From Blastocystis sp. Blastoise (Eukaryota > Protista > Bigyra: Opalinata), in NCBI GenBank assembly GCA_039096225.1, contig JBBPEB010000020.1, positions 186,001-250,000 on the forward strand: a stretch of DNA of 64,000 bases, read 5' to 3'. A model generated the notes under the pieces. That model was not told the DNA's origin. It ran no database searches and was given only the letters and a program-made list of their open reading frames with translations. Below, piece after piece: positions 12,071 through 27,444 of the stretch (positions are counted from its first letter, which is position 1; every line of letters starts with the position of its first letter). A program made the translations under genes and the position numbers.

Positions 12071-15000
12071 ATAAAACTAAAGAATATATAATATTATAAA
12101 AATGGAATAATTATTATTATTATAAAGAAAAAAATAACAAATATATTATTAATAGTCAGTTAAAACAAACTAAATATATTATTAAATACATATATACCTT
12201 AATGAAGACTTGAATCATTGCAATCTGATTCCCAGGTTGTACTTGAATACGCTAAGATTCTATAAATAAATAAGTAGAATAAATTAATAAAATTAAATAG
12301 AGTATATATATTAAAAGATAAACAAGATAGAAAAATAGAAAGCAATTCAATTGTAAAAAAAAATATATAAATGAAAATGAAATAAATATGTTATAGAAAT
12401 AATATGAATGTATTGATAATATAGAAATAAAACAGATATAACAAAGAATAAACAAAATGAGAAAATGTAAAATAATTATATACCTTAGATTCATCTTTAT
12501 TGTTCACCAAGACCTTTAGAGTTGATTTGAAACTAGATATAGCTTTTTCTGAATATCTAAACAATACGCAACCAATTGATCAACTGATTACTATATAAAA
12601 CAAAATATTTGAAGAGAGTAAACTATATAATATATATATTTATGACTAGAAAACATACGTAGATTCATTTTATATGTTTATAATGACAATATATGAAATA
12701 AATCAATATTTGAATCTCAAGAAATAATCATTCTGAGGATGGAAACAGGGATAAATCAGCCTAAATAGCGGAAACAACCTCTTTGATAAAAACTTTTTTG
12801 TGATTCAGTGAACAAGTTTTAAAAATAATTTCTAGAGATTCAAAGTTTGGGATAAAAAGTCTTTTTTGATATGGTCCCTATTCTTAAAGTTTTTTAGAAT
12901 TACTTCAATCCGTGAAAGTCTTATTCAGCATCGGCTTAAATGAACTGTTGTGGAAGAGTATATTTTTTAAATATTATTATATGGATTATTTAATTATTTA
13001 GAAGGTTATTTTATATTTTATAATTATATTATATTTTATATGCATATTATTATAGATTAGGAATGAAATAAATCCAAATAATAAGCCAATTGGTGATTCA
13101 TTCTTTCAGGTATATGTTTATTTGAATAATATTATGTATATAGGCTTAGAAACATAATCTAGGGAGCCTGATGACGTTCGCTATTCAATATTGGAAGAAA
13201 CTATATTTGTCATAATTTCTTGATTGGCAATTTTGGTTTTAGTATGCTCTAGTAGTATATTGTTTTATATTTTGTTTCTATATTTAATTATTATATAGTG
13301 AAGAATTTGAAAGAAAAAATTAAATGAATTGCATTTACTGAGAAGAATGTTACCTAGGTCTTTTTATTATTTTAATGACTTCTCTCATGATCTTACAAGT
13401 ATATATTTTTATTATTATCAATATACCTCATATTATTATATAGAAATGGTGAATGATCAGTTGTTTGAAGTTTTATTATCTTTCAAATTCATAGTATCAT
13501 TGAATTATTGAAGGTATATATATATATAATAATTATCATATCTTTTATAGGTATAACAGAAACAAAACAATGATTATGTCAAGATTATTTTAATATATAT
13601 TCAGTTAAAAGTATATATATTTATTAGAACTTAAACATCATCATCAATAGTTGATTCTGATATATATATATATATATATATATATTATTTATTTATCATT
13701 TTTATTCCTTTTATTCATTATATATATATAATATTATTTATTATATATTATCATATATAGACGTATTAATGATCACTTGGAAAATCAACTCATTATATAC
13801 ATATAGTATATATATCTACATATATTCTTGTTTATATATGTATATATATATATATTTATATTAATAACATATGTATATAGATTACATTATTTATTATAAT
13901 ATTTAAGTATTATCTTATTAGCAATCACACAATGTATATATAAATATATATTCCTATTTATTAATTTATATTTTAATAATTTGTCTAGAATATTTTGTAT
14001 ATAATATAATATTATGTTATACATTTTCTTTTTCTTTTTATAATCTATTGTTTTTTATTCTTAAACTTATATATATATATAGAATTATTACTGCCATTGA
14101 ATGGTTTGCTTTCTATAATCGATATTACTACATAATACATATTCTTTTTATGTAAATATATATATATGTTATATTACTTTTCTATTATTCTTTATCTCTT
14201 ATTAGTATTATGTTGTTTATTATCTTTTATTTTATTTTTAAACAATGATTATATATATATTATATTTCTATTATTAGCTATATGTCATTTTTTATATAGT
14301 GAATAGTTATTGTTATATTCAAGATTATTTTTTAGTATATATATATATTATATTATATATTATATTATATATTATATTCCATTTTGAGTTATATACTTCA
14401 TTCTTCTTTCATTTTTAATCTATAAAGTATGTAGTTTATACAAATAGATACGTTTTACTAATTATCATTATTTAGATTATTTATACTTTTTATTTCTTAT
14501 TCATGTTATTATTATTATTATTATTATTAATATTTATTATATATTCATTCTATATGTATAAATATATTTAATAACTATCACATTATATGTGTTTATTTAT
14601 TTAGTTTTATTTAGTTTTATAAGTTATATATATATATATACTTAGAGATATATATATATAAATTATTATTATGTATTATTTATTTTTATTATATTATTAC
14701 CATAATATGTCTATTTGCTTACATATGTATATATAGTTGTTTTATTTCATATTCAAACGTTGCTTTAGTGAACAAATATATATATTTATATATGATATTA
14801 TAGAATTATTTTGTATTCATTATATATATATATTATGCATTAATTTTTACATGTTTGTTATACTTAATATATATATATATATGTAATTATTTTATATCTA
14901 TATATATACATATATATATATAGATATCATTGATATTAATATTCAAAGTATATATATATAAACATATATAGACTTATATATAGTATTTTATATGTATTCA

Positions 15001-16081
15001 TATTATAATATATTATGTATAGTTTAATAGTTATATGTAAGTCATCCTTTCATGTTTCTTATGAATTTATATAAATATATTCCTTTAATTCTGATTATGT
15101 ATATATTATTATATATATCATCTTATTCTATATATATTATGTATTTTTTTATTAATATAAAAGATAATATTTTGTGTATTTAATATTTTATATCAATTAT
15201 TCTTCTATTTAACTCTTTTATATCATTTATCTTTCTACAACTTTATTATTTATTATCTTTTTTAAATACCATTTACCATATAGTTTATTATACATACATA
15301 TAGTAATAGTCATAGCGCTTCTTTATGTATGTTTTATTCAATTATGTTAGTATATGTATTGTGGTATATATGTATATTAATTGTCGTTTATTTATATATC
15401 GTTTTGTATTTATTTTGAAATAAAGATTATATACATATAGTTATTATGTATATATATATATATATATATATAACATTATTGATGTGAGCAATTTATTTTT
15501 CGTAATATATATTAAGTCTACTTCTCTTATATATAAATATATCTAATAATTTACTATATGTTTTCCAACTTTATATATATATATATATGTATTTACTATT
15601 TTCTATTATTATTATATATATATTGCTAATAAAATTAAGATATTGTCCAGGTAAGAATATATATATATATATATATATATATTAATTGTTTTTATTCTTA
15701 TAAGTATTATGTTCTTATATTATATTTAGATATGTTTTTTTCTTTTTGTTATTTTTTTTTAATTATACTGTAAATATAAATACATAACTTTCTACTCTGC
15801 TTATTACTTCTTTTATAATATATATCTATATTTCTTTCTATAAATATGTCATTCATCTATATGCTATTATATCTATTTTAGAATCCAAGCTCCTAATAGA
15901 AACTACTATAATTAATGATGATACAACCTTTTTGGTATATACATATTTATACTATTATTAGTTTTTTATAACTTATTATGTAATATTTTATTAATATTTT
16001 AACCAAATTTATTTATATATTATTATTCATTTTCTTTATTCTCTAACTATTTATAGAATGTATCTTTAGCTGGTCTCTCAT

Positions 16082-16119
<38 letters not shown>

Positions 16120-16322
16120 TCTTTATTACTTTATATTCTCTTTTTATATCTCTATTACATTATGTTTATCACTTATTGATATAAATCTTATTATAAGGTT
16201 TTCATTATATAAGTTAGTATAAATAGGCGTAATAGAGTATATATTTATATATATATATAATTATATTTTGGGTTTTTGTCTGTTAAACATATATACATGG
16301 TTATATTCAAATAATTAATATT

Positions 16323-16390
16323 CCTTAGACTGAATATGGTTAGTAGCAATCATTAATAGATTGTTATCAGGTTCAATTCCTGATCTAGGG
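16323..16390 (+). ncRNA. tRNA-like cloverleaf lacking the canonical inter-arm linkers
   Basis: Acceptor CCTTAGA/TCTAGGG, D arm CTGA-ATATGG-TTAG, arm TAGCAATC-ATTAATA-GATTGTTA, T arm TCAGG-TTCAATT-CCTGA. Confidence 0.65.
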
Positions 16391-16921
16391 TCATATATTA
16401 TATTTTTTATAAAAAAATTTAAATATTTTTCTCTATAGATATTCTCATTCATTAGAACCAGTATGAAAGGGTATATTGAGTTTCATGTAATTGAATAAAC
16501 TCTATACATTGCTAGTCGCTTTTCTATAATGTTTTTAGTTTACTATATTCAACACACAACACATTCACAATTACATTCACTACCGTCGTTTTTTTTTTTT
16601 AGTGAAAAGGTAGTTTGAAGTTTTAGTGAGGTTTCCCCAATAATTGTTTCGTGAAAATATGGGAATAGGTTTTCGTGATTTTGACGACAGGGAAAACAGT
16701 GAATAAGGATGACACACCCTAAAATGCCTAGAGTTTTACCGAAATATTTGTCCGCCAAAAGTCTAATTGTAAGAATTTTTAGCGTTCACTTTTCAGTCAT
16801 TTTTCAGGGTTATTTTATTCATTGGTAGCTTAATAAACGTTCATATAACAAAACAAACACATATATATAATATAAAACATATAATAAACATATAATAGAC
16901 AAATAATAATAATAATAAACA

Positions 16922-17567
16922 TTTAAATGGAACCAATCAACACTTATATCACACTCTCTAAGCATTGTAACCTATATAAAGATAATTATAATAATACAGA
17001 ACAATAATTAATTGAAATTAAAATTTAAATGATAAAAATATATATATACATTTTCGTTGTAAAACTGAGGCCGAACAGCAATACCATAGACACCTTGTAC
17101 TCATAATAAGCCTATATAAATTAAAATATTAGATAATTAATAGTATAAAATAGAATAATATTTACCATTGCAAGAATCCAAAATGAATAATAAGGAACCT
17201 ATACGCTTGCCTGTAATGCTGATCTATATATAATAATGATTAGATCCTTTAATAATAATAAATAATAATAATAACAGTAATAAATAATAATAAATAAAAA
17301 ATATATATATATACAATAAAAGCTATATAAATATAAGTGGGGTTAGTTAAAATAGGATAACGACAAGTAATATAGATAGATATATACCATTTTATATAAC
17401 TTCTTTCTGAGTCAAACGGATCCTATTCCTACAATTGTCACCCAACGATATAGAAGACGGAGAAAGCCAACCATTATAAGAGACAACGCAATCTTTAACT
17501 CCAAACGAGTATTATATACATATTAAGCAGAAACAAGCCAATACCGTCAACTATTACTAGAACCCAT
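16922..17567 (-). pseudogene. Small multi-exon host-like gene remnant inside the CACTA element, product unknown
   Basis: GC-richer exons bounded by TATAG/GTA splice sites, including an 8-nt micro-exon, join in phase: QKEVI*NAFIISITGKRIGSLLFILDSCNGLL*VQGVYGIAVRPQFYNENVTMLRECDISVDWFH. Premature stops are present. Confidence 0.5.
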
Positions 17568-19358
17568 AGTTAATAGATGATTCACAATAATTAATAATAT
17601 ATGTGAAAGAAATGTAGATAAAATGACTATATATGGGTATGATAGGAATTCAAAAGATCTGGGGTATATTAATAAAATAAACAAGAATAAACGAGATTTA
17701 TTTTTAGTATAAGACTCTATGTTTTATATAAAATGAATGGTTATAAATAAATAAGAGAAAAAGCTTTAAATTCATGAAAATATTTGATCTTTTCTCTATA
17801 ATTTGAAATTTGTTTATTATTTTGTCAAGTACTTTCATGATCAATAATAGCGTAATAAAGTATTGTCAGTGCAACTAGACTTGAGTGGTAATCATTAATA
17901 GAAAAAATAAATAAGAATTTGCATCAATTCAGTGTTTCTTAATTAATTCAACTAATTAAGAGTAAGTAATAATTATAGGTGTTTAGTGGTGTGTGTTGTT
18001 TGATTCATGATGGTGATATGTGATGAGAAATAACGATATTACAAAAACTTCAAAATAAATAGGACAATCTTATCGGGCTATTATATATATTTTTTAGTTA
18101 TAAATATTCAGTGAAAAGAGAATTTGTAAAGAAAATAAGAATAGAATTATTTATAGAATGAATCCAAAGAGAAATGTTAGACTATCATTATTATTATCAT
18201 TGACTCTTGCTTCTTTCAATAATTTAATTGGAATACAATAGATAAAAAGTGTATAAGACAGAATAAAAGTGATTACAAACATTTCTACAAAGTGAATTCA
18301 ACTCTTAAATAAAGTTTGCTGTATTTAAAAGCACTTAAAAAGTACTTTTTAACTAATATTTGAAAGTAGTTATGTAAAACAATTAGAAATAAAATGTTTT
18401 TTTGTTTTGATGTTCTTCAAAAAATAGTTTGTTGGATTTATTTAAATGTAAAGAGTGTTAATTAATGCATAAAATATTTAAAAACATTTTTTCTAGTATT
18501 TTATTATGAACTATCAATACAAAAATAAGTTTACATTATAAAACAAACATTTTTTGCTGCTTTTATTCTAAAACTAATAAATCATTTTAAATTGATATAT
18601 AATTCTCATTTTACAGTTCACAGACAATGTGTTCTTAGTTGGAGATCATTTGAGCTATTTTAATTATTTGATCATCATCATCTTTTAACATTCCTTAATA
18701 TGAAAAAACAAAAAATAGCTAATTTAGATTTAAAAGTAGTTTCTACAGTGGTTCTCAATGATATTATTTAAAAATTATAAAAAAAGTAATTAATTAATTT
18801 CATAAACTATGTTAAATTCTTGTAAAAACCATTTATATATGTGATAAATGTAGTTTTATTTACAACTATGATTAGATTGTGTAGTTATTTAGGTTTTATA
18901 ATTGTAATTCTTAGAAACCTTTTGCTCAAAGCATTTAATATGTACTTTTTGTGAAAATAGATTTCTGTAAAAGCCAATCTAGAATATATTTATAAGAGAA
19001 TAGTTGAGAATATTTAAAATAATTGTAATTCGCTAACTTATTTTATTTAAAACATCTAAACCAACTATTAAATAACTTATAATATCTAAATATTAATCAT
19101 TTAAATCAATAAGTAGTAAATAAAATATAATGTTTGGTAATTAAATGCTAATTATATTGATCGTAATTAGAAGAGTTCATTATATAAGTACTTACAGTAT
19201 TTTAATTACTTGTAATAATAATCATTTAATATATATTCTCAAAAGAAACAATTATCTTTGGAAAATCATTTTTGAAGATATTGATAAGGAATATGAGATT
19301 AATAAGAATAGGTAGAACTATATAAAAATAGAATATGAAGAAAAAATATATGTATAAT

Positions 19359-19422
19359 CCTTAAGACAGGGTTTGAACCTGTTTACACATAAATAGAGTA
19401 ACTTACCATTATAAGCTTAAGG
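19359..19422 (-). ncRNA. tRNA-like cloverleaf lacking the canonical inter-arm linkers
   Basis: Acceptor CCTTAAG/CTTAAGG, D arm CTTA-TAATGG-TAAG, arm TTACTC-TATTTAT-GTGTAA, T arm ACAGG-TTCAAAC-CCTGT. Confidence 0.65.
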
Positions 19423-19789
19423 GATATATGAATGTAAAGAAAATAATAATTATATTATTAGGGATATATATGTACCTACTATATATTATCTATACTATAT
19501 ATATATCGTTATATATTTTTATAGACAAATATAGATAGAAAAATAAATAGAGAGAATAGTAACTAGAAAGATAGATAGAATAAACACATAACAGTAAAAA
19601 TTCTAATTAAAACAATAGTGATTAAAATTTAAAAAAGTATATTATAAACTAAATAGAGGCAATTTATCAATGAATATATAATCATAGTAAACAATAAAGT
19701 ACATTGTGATTGAATGAAGGATATTATATAAAGATAAGGAGGTAATAGAGAAGTTGTAGAAACCAGATAAACATTATAATATGAATATA

Positions 19790-21770
19790 TAGGAAGATGT
19801 AAAAGAAAAAAGAAGAAGGAAGAAGAAGTAAGAAGAAGTAAGAAGAAGTAAGAAGAAGTAAGAAGATATAAGAAGAAGTAAGAAGAAGTAAGAAGATATA
19901 AGAAGAAGTAAGAAGATATAAGAAGAAGTAAGAAGATATAAGAAGAAGTAAGAAGATATAAGAAGACGAGATAAGAATAAAGAAGAATAAAGAGGATATA
20001 AAAAGAAGTAAGAAGAAGGAAGAAGTAAGAAGAATAAAGAAGATATAAAGAAGATATAAAGAAGATATAAAAAGAATATATAAGAAGATATAAGAAGAAG
20101 GAAGATGATATAAGAAGGAAAAAAGTGTATATAAAATAAAAGAAGATGACATAAGAAGGAAGAATAAAGAAGAAGATATAAAAATATATAAGATATAAGA
20201 TATAAGATATAGAAAGTAGCTGAAAGTAGCTGAAAGTAGCTGAAAGAAGATGAAATTAGATGAAATTAGATGAAAGTAGCTGAAAGAAGATGAAAGAAGA
20301 TGAAAGAAGATATAGAAAGATAAAGGAAAAAAAAAGAAAAAAAATAAAGAATAAAAACGAAGAAGATATAAAAAGAAGAAGAAGTATAATGATAAAGAAC
20401 ATAGAAGAAGATATAAGAAATGTTAAGAATTTTAAGGAAAATATATAAGAAGGATAAAGAACAAAGAAGAGAATAAAAAGAATGAAAAAGAAGAAGATAT
20501 GAGAAGGATAAAGAACATAGAACAATAGAGAATAAACATAACAAGATATAAGAATGAAGAAGAATATATAGAAGATGAATGAAGAAGTAAGAAAAGAAAG
20601 AATAAGTAACAAGATGGAAGAAGAACCAATGAAATCTTTAGAAGAATAAAAATAATACCTTAATAGATGGTTGATATTTATACCTATATATAATAAACTT
20701 AAAAATAGTTATAGAAATTATAGAAATAGAACAGAAGTATTATTAAATAATAAAAAATAAAAGCATATAATAAGAATAAAATGATATAAATATATATTTT
20801 AAAATAAAAAGAAAACAATTGATATATACGTGACAAAAGAACAAGAATCTAATGAAATCAGAATAGAAAGAAAAGGAAGGAAATGAATATATAAAAGATA
20901 GATTAATAAAGATATATACATCAAAATAATGAAGGTAATAAATGATTTGAATAATATATAATAAGTAAGGAGGAAGAATGAAGAATAATATGCAAAATAT
21001 GTAATAGAAAGCAGAAAACGAAGATAAAGATGAATTAAAATAAATTTAGGGAGGAGAAAAGGTAGTAAAGAGAGTTGAGATTGTATATAGACAGAAGAAG
21101 TTTCATGAAGAATAAATGAATGAATAATAAATATACTATATATATATATATATAAAATGAACTATAATACAAGATAAATATATAGCAATAAAAAAAATAA
21201 CATTAAAAGTGTTAAATAAAAAGATAAAATAAAATGAAAATCGAATATAATAATACAGAAAAATTAAGATAAAAAAATAGATAAAGACTGAATAAAATAG
21301 TATATAGAATAAGCAAAATATGTTCACAAAAGTACACCAAGAATAAGATAGATAGAAGTAGCATAACATATAAAGGGAAAAGTGAAAATATAAGTAATAT
21401 AAAAGGATATGTTTATAATAGTATGAAGATTTGAAGAAAACGAAAGGGATGAAAACAAAATAAGAGGCTGAAAATTTAAGTGAAGTAGAGTAGGACAATA
21501 GAATAGGTAGAAAGATATAAGATAGAATTAAAAGATGCAGAAATAAAGAATCAAAGTAGTAAACGTAATGGAAATAAAACAAAAACATAATTACAGTAAA
21601 AGAAGCTAAAAATAATAAGTATAAAATAATATGAAAATTGAAATAACAGGTATGTATAATAGAAAGAAAATTAAAAAAACAGCAAAAAGAAGAATAGATG
21701 AAGGATAGGTGAAGATAAATGAGGATAATTGAGAAGAAGAAGAAGAAGAAGAAGAATTGTCTGAACATAA
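19790..21770. repeat. GAA-rich low-complexity block (AAGAAGAAGT/AAGAAGATAT units)
   Basis: Direct inspection. Confidence 0.85.
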
Positions 21771-24725
21771 ATCAAGCCCCTTTACAATGACTAAGAAAAG
21801 AGAATACTAAGAAGTGAAAAGAATAAAATTTGAAACTATTTTTGAATATTTAATAAAACATGAAAGAAGAGATGTAGAAAAGAAGATCTAGGAACGAAGA
21901 AGATTCAATGATAAATGATGTTTGAATAAAGGAGAATAAGACAATTAAGGACTAAATGAGACATCTCTAATAACATTAAAAGACCTAGAAAGAGACATAT
22001 AAGACACATGATAATTAGTAACTAATATATAATAATAAATTCTTTATACTGAATAAATAACAATGAAAAAATAAACTAAATAATAATAATAATAATAATA
22101 AAACATAAAAGAAAACAAAAACAATAAATATTTATATACTGACTGGTTTTGAAAGACAATGCAACAAGATGATGGAAAGAATGAATCAAAACACATCAAA
22201 ATTAGTTTGTATCACCTATACAGATTAGAATAAATAAAATAAAATAAAACATACAACAAAATAAAAAAAGAAACAACACGTAAAATAAGATTCATCCTCT
22301 CAAAGTAGTTATTTGAATAGAAAACATAATGAACACTTGCCATACAACATCTTCAAGCAGTTAACAAAGCAGAAATCTATATATAACAAAATACAAAAGA
22401 AATGGGAAAAGAAGTTAATATATTTAAAGTCAAAATTATATATAAATTAATAACTGAAGATATTTAGTATTAGACTATTATAAAAGAATACAATAAAAAA
22501 TAAATAACTACAATAAAAAATATACAGGCAAACTAAGTTTTAGAATAAGTTAATATGGTCTGAATCATATTGTCCTGGATTTGCCATTAACATTCTCTTG
22601 GGTATAACATAGCCAGTTTGGCGGCTAAGAGTGGATAAAAAAAGTAAAATTATTTGGGGAACAACTCGGATATTGCGGGAAATATTTTTTGTCATTTTTT
22701 AAATAATACCAATTTTAGTTATTTTTGAGTGTTGACATTTAAAAAGTATTCTCTATGATATAGAAAAGAATAGCATAATCCTTTCTCGAATAAAAAACTG
22801 CCTTTACTCCATTATCAGTGAATCACGACTAGTGAAGAAATCAGTTGTTGTTGGACACAGACATGCATACAGAGCTTTACTATTAGTTGGGTGAATTAAA
22901 AAACTCATCTCTTATTATTTCACCACATAATTACGATCTTTCTCAAAATTAGCTGTTTAAAGTTCTAAACATGATTTTCACGTCATATACTATGCTCTAA
23001 ACACACATATAACATCATATTAAAATAAAGTCGCATATTGATGGTAAACCATAGTCAAATAAAAACTTTCTCTGTTCAAGTTTCTTTTTTGAACCGAGAA
23101 ATTCTGAGTCCCCAGGTTGTCTGGCGGAAAAACTGTTTACGAGTTTAGGCCAAACTATTTTTGATCAAAAAATCTGAGTCATTTTACTCTCTCTCTCACG
23201 GGGAAATATCAAGAAAAAAAGCAAAACGACAGTAGTGATTCACTTAGAATACCACATTCATTATTTTGTTTTGCTATATATCCTATTGATCAATTCTACA
23301 CACAAATAAAAAATAAATATTCATCAATAACACCTTGAAGTCTATAAACACGCAATGCATTCTTTGTTTATACTCTTAAAAAGCATTTAAATCATCTATA
23401 TTAATATGATTGACACTAAAAGTCATTTGTAACATTTATAAACCACTCTTGAGACTTTTAAAGAACCTTGACAAATCTACATTACCTAGAAAACTATTAT
23501 AATTAACTTTAGTTTATATAGGTCATAATTAAATTCAAATTACTAATAGAAAATTAAAATAACGACATTCTAACTCATAATATCAACTAGAAAAATCAAT
23601 TGTGTTTGTAACTTCTCTAAAATTGAATTAATTAGTGAAATATGTATTTAAATTAATGTTGAATTTAAATTTAAACACACACAAACTCACCTTTTCTGAC
23701 AGTTCTACACATTTAGGCAATCTAGTGACTATCATATAATCGACTAATTTTTGTTGTCTTCATCAAGTCTAGTGATTTCCTCATGACCATAACCATTAAT
23801 TTCATTTTATGTAACACTCTATAAATAATTAATCAATTAACTAATTTTATTTACATAAATACATACTCCATCAACAACAAGAAGACATCAGGAGTAAGAA
23901 TAACGGTTTAAAGTATTTAAATAAAATAATAAAAAATAAAAAGTAGAAATATTAAGATTTCAATAAAATTTAATAAGTTAATTTATAGTGAAGTTTCAAT
24001 AATCATATAAAAAATATGATTAATTTCGTTTTTGTATGTTTTAAGTATATATTTATCTATATATAGGCCCTAGGAGTATAGTAGAGTACCTTCCAGTCTC
24101 CATTGGCAGATTGATCTGTTGTGCTATGTTCTCTTTCTCTATGGTGAGCTTGTCTGAGTGGTGTAAAGTGGTTGAGCTAGATGGTCTGCTATTGTATTGT
24201 TGTTTAAATTGGATGATGTGACGTCACCATACAAAGTTATTTCTTTAGGCTTTCTCACTGAGTAGCAATTGGTGGGTTATATTAACTGAGCGTGGTTCAA
24301 TACTTTAAAAAAAAAATTACTTAATTGGATAAACAGATTGGTCTTAAATTGCAGAGAAGCATGGATCTCTTCACTTAATCACTACCTATGCAACTCAAAT
24401 GCTTATAATTAGAGTTAATTTGTATTAGTCATATTCAGATTCTAGATGTATATATTTTCTGCATTTGTTTTCTTTATAATTATAATTATAATATTATATA
24501 GATATTTATATAGGTTATTATATAGTTATTAAGCCTAGTTCTTGTTCTTCTTGTCACTAACTTCTTGGCTTTTCTTATTTATGTATATATATATATATAA
24601 TTGACTTTTTTTTATTTTGCTTATATATTATTATTTTCTTTATTATTAAGAATTACTTTTATTTTTCTTTATTATTAGTTTAATTCAATATATTTATAGA
24701 CTTATTTATATTTTTTATTCTTTTT

Positions 24726-24764
<39 letters not shown>

Positions 24765-24779
24765 CAAAACTTTTATATA

Positions 24780-25947
24780 TTTGTTTTTCTTCATTCTTAT
24801 TTTCTCCTCTTGTCCTGAATTGGCCTTGTTCTCCTCTTCTCTCTTCCATTCATCTACTCTCTAGTTTTTACTCATTTTTATTCTTATACTCTTATGTTAT
24901 ATAGAACAGTTATTGTTTTTCTTAATATTACTTTATAGTATGTTTTATTTCATGTTCTTCTATTCTATATTCTAGTTTTTCCTTCACTTTCTTCTTTCCT
25001 CCATTAATTATTACTGGTTCTTCTTCTCCTATCATTACATACTCTCTTCATTTCAATCTCTTTATCATGATCGTCTTCTTTTTCATTTCCTTCAACTCTT
25101 CCTTTTCCTACTCTTCTTCTTTATTTCCTTCTATATTATTACTTCTTTTTCTCATCTTCTTCCAATTATACTTTCCTTATTCTTTATTCCTTTTGATTCT
25201 CATCTACACATTGTTTCTATTTTCCTTCTTCTTCTATATATCCTTATTTTTTGTCTCCTTGTTCATTCCTTTTTCGTTCTTTTTCATCTATTTATCCTTC
25301 TTCTATTTATTTTAATTCTGAATCACCTTCTTTCTCTCTCCTTCTGTTTCTTCTTCTTCTATTTGATCTTATTTTTCTTCTTCTCTTCTTCTTCTCTTTC
25401 TATACATCCTTCTCTGTATATTCTTTTTCTTTCTATCTCCTTCATCTACATTTCCTCTTCTATTTATCATTATTCTTATTCTACATTTTCTCCATATTAT
25501 TCTCCTCCTATATCTTATGTACCTCCTTTATCTTCTTATTCTTCGTCTATGTCTTCTATTTATTCTTCTTCACCTTTTTTCTTCTTCTATATATATATAT
25601 TCTACTTATTCTTCTCTATCCTTGTCTATATATCTTTCTTCTATATTTTCTGCTTCTACTTCTTCTTCTATATCTTCTATTTATCATTATTTTCCAACAT
25701 ATTTTTCTATGGTACTTCTTCTTTTCTCTTCCTTCTCCTTCTTTTCTATATCTTCTGTTTATCTTATTCTTCGTCTATATATAATTATTCTCCTTCTTCT
25801 TCTTCTTTATATATATATTCTTCTTTTTCGATATATTCTTTTTTTTTTTCTTTTCGTTCTTTTCCTTGTTCTCCTTCTCAATCTCCTTCTCTTCATTGAT
25901 ATCCTTCTTCTTCTTCTATTCATCTTTTTCTCCTTCTCCTTCTTCTT

Positions 25948-25978
<31 letters not shown>

Positions 25979-26218
25979 TTCTTCTTCTTCTTCTTCTTCT
26001 TCTTCTTCTTCTACTTCTTCTTCTTCTTCTTCTCCTTCTTCTTCTTCTCCTTCTCCTTCTTCTTCTTCTTCTTCTTCTCCTTCTTCTTCTTCTTCTTCTT
26101 CTTCTTCTATTCATCTTCTTCTTCTTCTTCTTCTTCTTCTACTTCTCCTTCTCCTTCTTCTTCTTCTTCTTCTATTCATCTTCTTCTCCTCCTCTGTCTC
26201 CTTCTCCTTCTTCTTCTA

Positions 26219-26251
<33 letters not shown>

Positions 26252-27100
26252 TTCTTCTTCTTCTTCTTCTTCTTCTTCTTCTCCTATTCATATTTCTTCT
26301 TCTTCTTCTATTCATCATCATCTTCTTCTTCTTCTATTCATCTTTCTTCTTGTTCTTCATTTAATCCTTCTTCTTCTTCATTTAATGCTTCTTCTCCTCC
26401 TCTGTCTTCTTCTTCTATTTATCCTTCTTCTCTTTCTATTCTCCTATATATCCTTTATCTCCTGTTTTTCCTTCTCAATCTCCTTCTCTATATCTCTTTC
26501 TTTTTATCCTTTTTCCACTTTTTCTATATTTTTCGCTTCTTATCTTTCTATATCTTCTGTATATCATTCCTCTCCTTCTTCTTCAGCATCTTCTTTTTAT
26601 ATCTTATAATTCTTTCCTCTTTATATTATTCTCATTTCATTCCATTTCATCTATTTTTCTATATCTCATTATTTTCAATATTTATTATACAGAATATCAT
26701 TTATATTTAATGTTTTTCACTTTCATTATCTTTTCCATATACATTATAGTCTTATTTGCTTTTCCTACATCTTCACTTGTTCTTCTTATGTGTATTCTCC
26801 TCATATTTTTATTTCTTTTCTAATAGATTTTCCTTTATAGTTCTTCTAACTCTTCTCTACATTCTTTCTTCTTTATCTCTTATACTTGACTTTCTAGTCT
26901 CCATCTTTCTTTTTTTTTTATCTTCTTATCTTATTATCTATATGTACTTCCTCTTCCTCTAATTCTTCTTTATACATATAAATTCTTTTCGCTCTTTATC
27001 CTTCTAATCAATTCCTTCTTCTTCTCATTTAATTAATATTTTTCTTCTTCTTTATTTATTTTCCCTTATTCTCCTTATTCTTGTCTTCAATTTTTTTCTA
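24780..27100. repeat. TTC-rich low-complexity block
   Basis: Direct inspection; (TTC)n core at about 25930-26340. Confidence 0.9.
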
Positions 27101-27342
27101 TATTCAATTCTTATTTTTCATTATCTTTTATATCTATATATATATATATATATATATACATACTTCTCTTCATATTTTAATTATTTCTATCTGTTATACT
27201 TATTAATATAATATTTATTTTTATTAATAAAAAGATTTTCCCATTTTTATTTCTTATTTATACTAATTATTTCATTAATTTATATACTACTTATTTATGT
27301 TTTTTTTTATATATATTTTAATATTTTTTTATTTATTTATAA

Positions 27343-27400
<58 letters not shown>

Positions 27401-27444
27401 TGGATATTATGTATTTTAATATTATTATCATTATTATTATTACT

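Larger units (their letters stand above)
16578..23237. mobile_element. Non-autonomous CACTA/EnSpm element (6,660 bp) nested in the MULE
   Basis: TIRs CACTACCGTCGTTTT and AAAACGACAGTAGTG (14/15 match). 3-bp TSD ATT at 16575-16577 and 23238-23240. Confidence 0.85.

Noticed and set aside
24067-24450. NTIADHLA on the minus strand resembling a retroelement RNase H motif
   Set aside because: Single short motif with no supporting RT or integrase context
19724-26962. Hydrophobic or Ser-rich ORFs at 19.7-21.8 kb and 25-27 kb
   Set aside because: Same low-complexity artefact; no protein-like composition
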